Assembly (NCBI GenBank): GCA_034780895.1
Contig: JAUZTB010000076.1
Location: 48,999,036 to 49,063,035 of the forward strand
Length of the DNA: 64,000 bases
Direction of reading: 5' to 3'
Origin: Rhynchobatus australiae
Taxonomy: Eukaryota
Shown: one piece after another, positions 60,731-64,000 of the stretch
Numbering within the stretch: position 1 is the first letter of the stretch
Layout: every line of letters starts with the position of its first letter
Notes under the pieces: generated by a model
Databases searched by the model: none
What the model was told of the DNA's origin: nothing
Seen by the model: the letters and a program-made list of their open reading frames with translations, nothing else
Made by a program: the position numbers and the translations under genes

Positions 60731-63299
60731 ACATTTCATCATTATTAGTCTCACTGTAACATTAATAAATGATGCAGCTGTTGCTGGTGATTATTTGAGA
60801 GGATTATTTAGTTACTTAGGAATAATGATAAATAACACCATGGTCTCAACAACAGATAGCTAAGACGGACAAGGGGTACAAATGGTGCAGTCATATTTGC
60901 AAGCAATCCCTCATAAGATTTATCAATTCATCAAATCAATTGCATGATGCCCCTTTATTATAACCTACTCATGGCTTGGGATTTACTCCCAAATATGTTC
61001 TCCCTGTACTCAGCTTAAAAATAAATCTTTTAAAGAGGTGATTTGGTCTGCATTCCTTTATCATTTTCATTTCAGCATGGCAGAAATCAGTTTGATTCCA
61101 ACACAACTAACTTCACTGGTGACATCTCTTATCTTGAGATTGTGGGCTTGGGCCTGCTCCAAACAGTCCTGGTGATTAGAGAGAAGAATTCCATTCACTG
61201 AATACTGTGTTGCTATCCAATAGGATTGTTAGGTCCATGGGAAGCAAAAAGGGCCTACTCACAGTAGTTCTGAAGGGCAGAGGACCTGTGACCAAGGTTT
61301 TAGTTAGTGGGGTGATGGAAACGGAGCGTTAAACGCTGGCCCGTTCTTTCCAGTCAAGCCAATACCAAAATAGGGTCTTTATCGTGGAAGCACACAGATG
61401 ATCTATTCATCGGATGGAAGAAGCAGTGATACAAAATGGGTTGCTTTATAGCATGAATCATTGAGTAGAGTGAAGCACGTGTTGCTACTATCTGGTGAAT
61501 TCATCTAAAATATAATTTACGGAGTAAAATAGATCCAGTCCTTTCCAGAATCCACTGATTATCCCAGCCACTTATTGTGACTTTACTGTTTCAGTTAAAG
61601 AACAAACAAGAGTAAAGGCTAACAATATGCGGTAAACTTCAAAAGCAATGGAGTTGAATGCACCCTTTCAAGACCACTTCCTTTGTCGTGATCAGCCGTT
61701 CCATCAAGAAAAATATTTCTCTATCACCCACAAAAAGTAACACCCGTGGTTAACATTTTGCTTCAAGCCTTCTTCGCCTCTCCATGAAACTGTAGCACAA
61801 TGATTATCTGTCAATGTTTGCAATGCAACTTCTACAGACGGAAGAGAAGTTGAAATTCCAATGTCGATCAGCAAAAATTCAGCTTATCAATCAGGATCTA
61901 ATGGTGGGGCAGGTTCAAAAGGCTGAATGGCCTGCTTCTGCTCCCAAACTTCTATTCAAGGACTAGAATTCAATCTGTTTCTTAAATTAGTTCATCGCAA
62001 GGAAACAGAATGGTAGAGTAACAACACCAAGCTTCCTGTAACATGGAGGCAGCAGAACAACAGAAGGCAGACAAGAGGAAGTATATCAGAGTAGTCATCT
62101 CACAAACTTGATTCTGGTGATTGCTAACCCTAATCCTAAGGCATAGGGTAGTTTGGAGGGGGGAGTGAATTTTCTAGCCTTAGAGTCACCCCCAAAACTA
62201 AGCTTATTGTTTTACTTTGCTCGATAGTTATGATATCAAGGGATAGTACTTTGTTCTCAACAAAAAAAAGGCTTGTTCTATAATTATCTATTTGCTATTG
62301 AATTTTTGTTTTGAGATGGTTGGGAACTAACCCTTGCCGCAAATTCATTTTGGGGTTACCCACCTAAGACACAGATAAGGCAATTTTTTTGTTCCCTCAG
62401 GTGGTCATAATTTTTGGAAATTCTTTTCCTCAAAGGGCAGTGGGAGCAGAGTTACAAATATTCTAACAAGGCCAAATAGTTCATATCAGGCAAAATCAAA
62501 ACTGTGTGATTTTGAGCAACTGTATTGCATGTCAAGAAAGTTGGATGTTTAATCTCCATCTCTACATTAAGTTAATTAATCTTGGTTAGCAGTCAAAATA
62601 AGACCCCGACAATTAGTTTTTTTTTACTGTGGATCAGGAAAGGAAACAAAAATGTTTCCTGCTCCTGATCTCCAAAATGAGACTCCCAACAGTGGTGTGT
62701 AAAGGAGGATAGGATCAGATGGTTCAGATAAAGACCACAGTCATACAACATGAAGTTAATCTTCGCCCAAAGTACTAAATATGTTCTCAGCGTCCCCTTT
62801 AGAAAAGAAGAAGCAGCAAAATGTAAAATAGGTTACTGACTCGTGGAGCAATCTTCTTGCTACAATGATAGGCTAGTTTCAGCCTCAGCATTCGAACATT
62901 CACTAATAAAAAACATGTATGTAAATTAGCCACTTGGCCAAAGTACCTGTGGACAATAACAATCCCTAACGAGGGTAACAATGTTTCAGAATAGGAGAGG
63001 AGAATATGAATTGCTTCTCACTCATGAGCTTGCAAAAGCTAAAAAAAAAGCATTTCTTCCATGTGTCATACCAAAGCAAATGCCCTTTCTCTGAGAAATA
63101 AAAGTTCGACACTCAGCTTGCCTTCTTGCAGTAGCAGTTTCTGTCACCTGATTATGCAAAACACCAACAGTAACTGCAAAGAAATTGTATTGATTTACAA
63201 GGAAAGTACAGCAGGGCCCATTGCTCAAGCCTCCTTCCTCATCTCAAACTATCAATACAGCCTTCTACCCCCTTCTCCCTCATTGGTGCATTTTTAGGT

Positions 63300-63690
63300 T
63301 CCCCTTAAATGTACCCATGCTGCTCACCCAAACTACTTCCTGTGGTAGCTCGTTCCACGTTCTTACCGTTCTCTGGGCAAAGAAGTGCATTTCTGAATTC
63401 CCCATTTCATTTTTGCAACTATCTTACATTGGTGGCATCGAGTTGTGTTCTTTCTCACAAGAGGAATCATAGCTGTGTCATTACTTTAAAGCCTCTGCTG
63501 TGTCACCCCCTCAGCCTCTGCTTTTCAAGAACAAATAATCCCAGCCTGTTCATCCTTTTCCAATAGGTGTAACTAGTATCATGCTTGCAAAAAAATCTTT
63601 TTTGTTTGCAGTCTATCCAGTGCCTCTAAATCTTTTTATGATATTGTAAGCAGTATTCCAAAGCGTGGTCTGGCTAAGGATTAAAAGGTT
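63300..63690 (-). mobile_element. CR1 LINE 3' remnant
   Basis: actacttcctgtggtagctcgttccacgttcttacc...tcacccccctcagcctct-like block...cccagcctgttca. Confidence 0.7.
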
Positions 63691-64000
63691 TAGCACATTC
63701 ACAGAAAATTTGCTTTTAAATCAAGAACACCATTAAAACTTGAGACATGTCAGAGAAATGTGCTACTATTAAAATTAGCTTCTAAAAATGTTCTTAATCA
63801 TTTGCAACTCAAACTAGCAGAAATGGACAACTGGAATACAACTGCTGTACCTTCCCAATTTTTTAACTTATTCAAAGTCTAGATTTCAGTGAAAAAACAT
63901 GCAAATCCTCCATTACCAAATCTCCTTATGACTAAGTTGTCAAAATGGCTTACTTCTTTTTTCCACAATATGTCAGTTGACTATTTTATAGTTGCCTCAC

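Noticed and set aside
62120-62160. ctaaccctaatcctaa telomere-like motif
   Set aside because: Only about two degenerate units, expected by chance.

Overview
This is vertebrate genomic DNA, very probably from a cartilaginous fish (shark or ray), judged by its V-SINE, DeuSINE, CR1, Rex/Babar and Penelope-type repeats. It contains several N gaps. The main feature is the 5' part of a minus-strand gene for a mucin-stalk glycoprotein. Positions 1-8.5 kb are a ~332-bp tandem array in which each unit is one symmetric phase-1 69-nt exon (consensus NHSSLTLTSTAPPSVTTSFTNAS) plus its intron. I count at least 20 homogeneous units and 4 diverged units; 3 of these 24 have dead splice sites or a stop. In transcript order the array is preceded by a distantly paralogous 87/90-nt exon (~10 kb) and a 30-nt micro-exon (12477-12506). 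The rest of the window looks like one long repeat-rich intron or upstream region. It holds a dense ETS/RUNX/GATA/E-box cluster at ~20.4 kb, many Penelope-derived segments with hammerhead-ribozyme cores, a 550-bp fold-back insertion and two smaller hairpins. The layout resembles PTPRC/CD45 (short exon 3 followed by variable O-glycosylated exons). That identity is an inference: no signal-peptide, FN3, transmembrane or phosphatase exon could be confirmed in the window. All analysis was by eye, so repeat boundaries are approximate.
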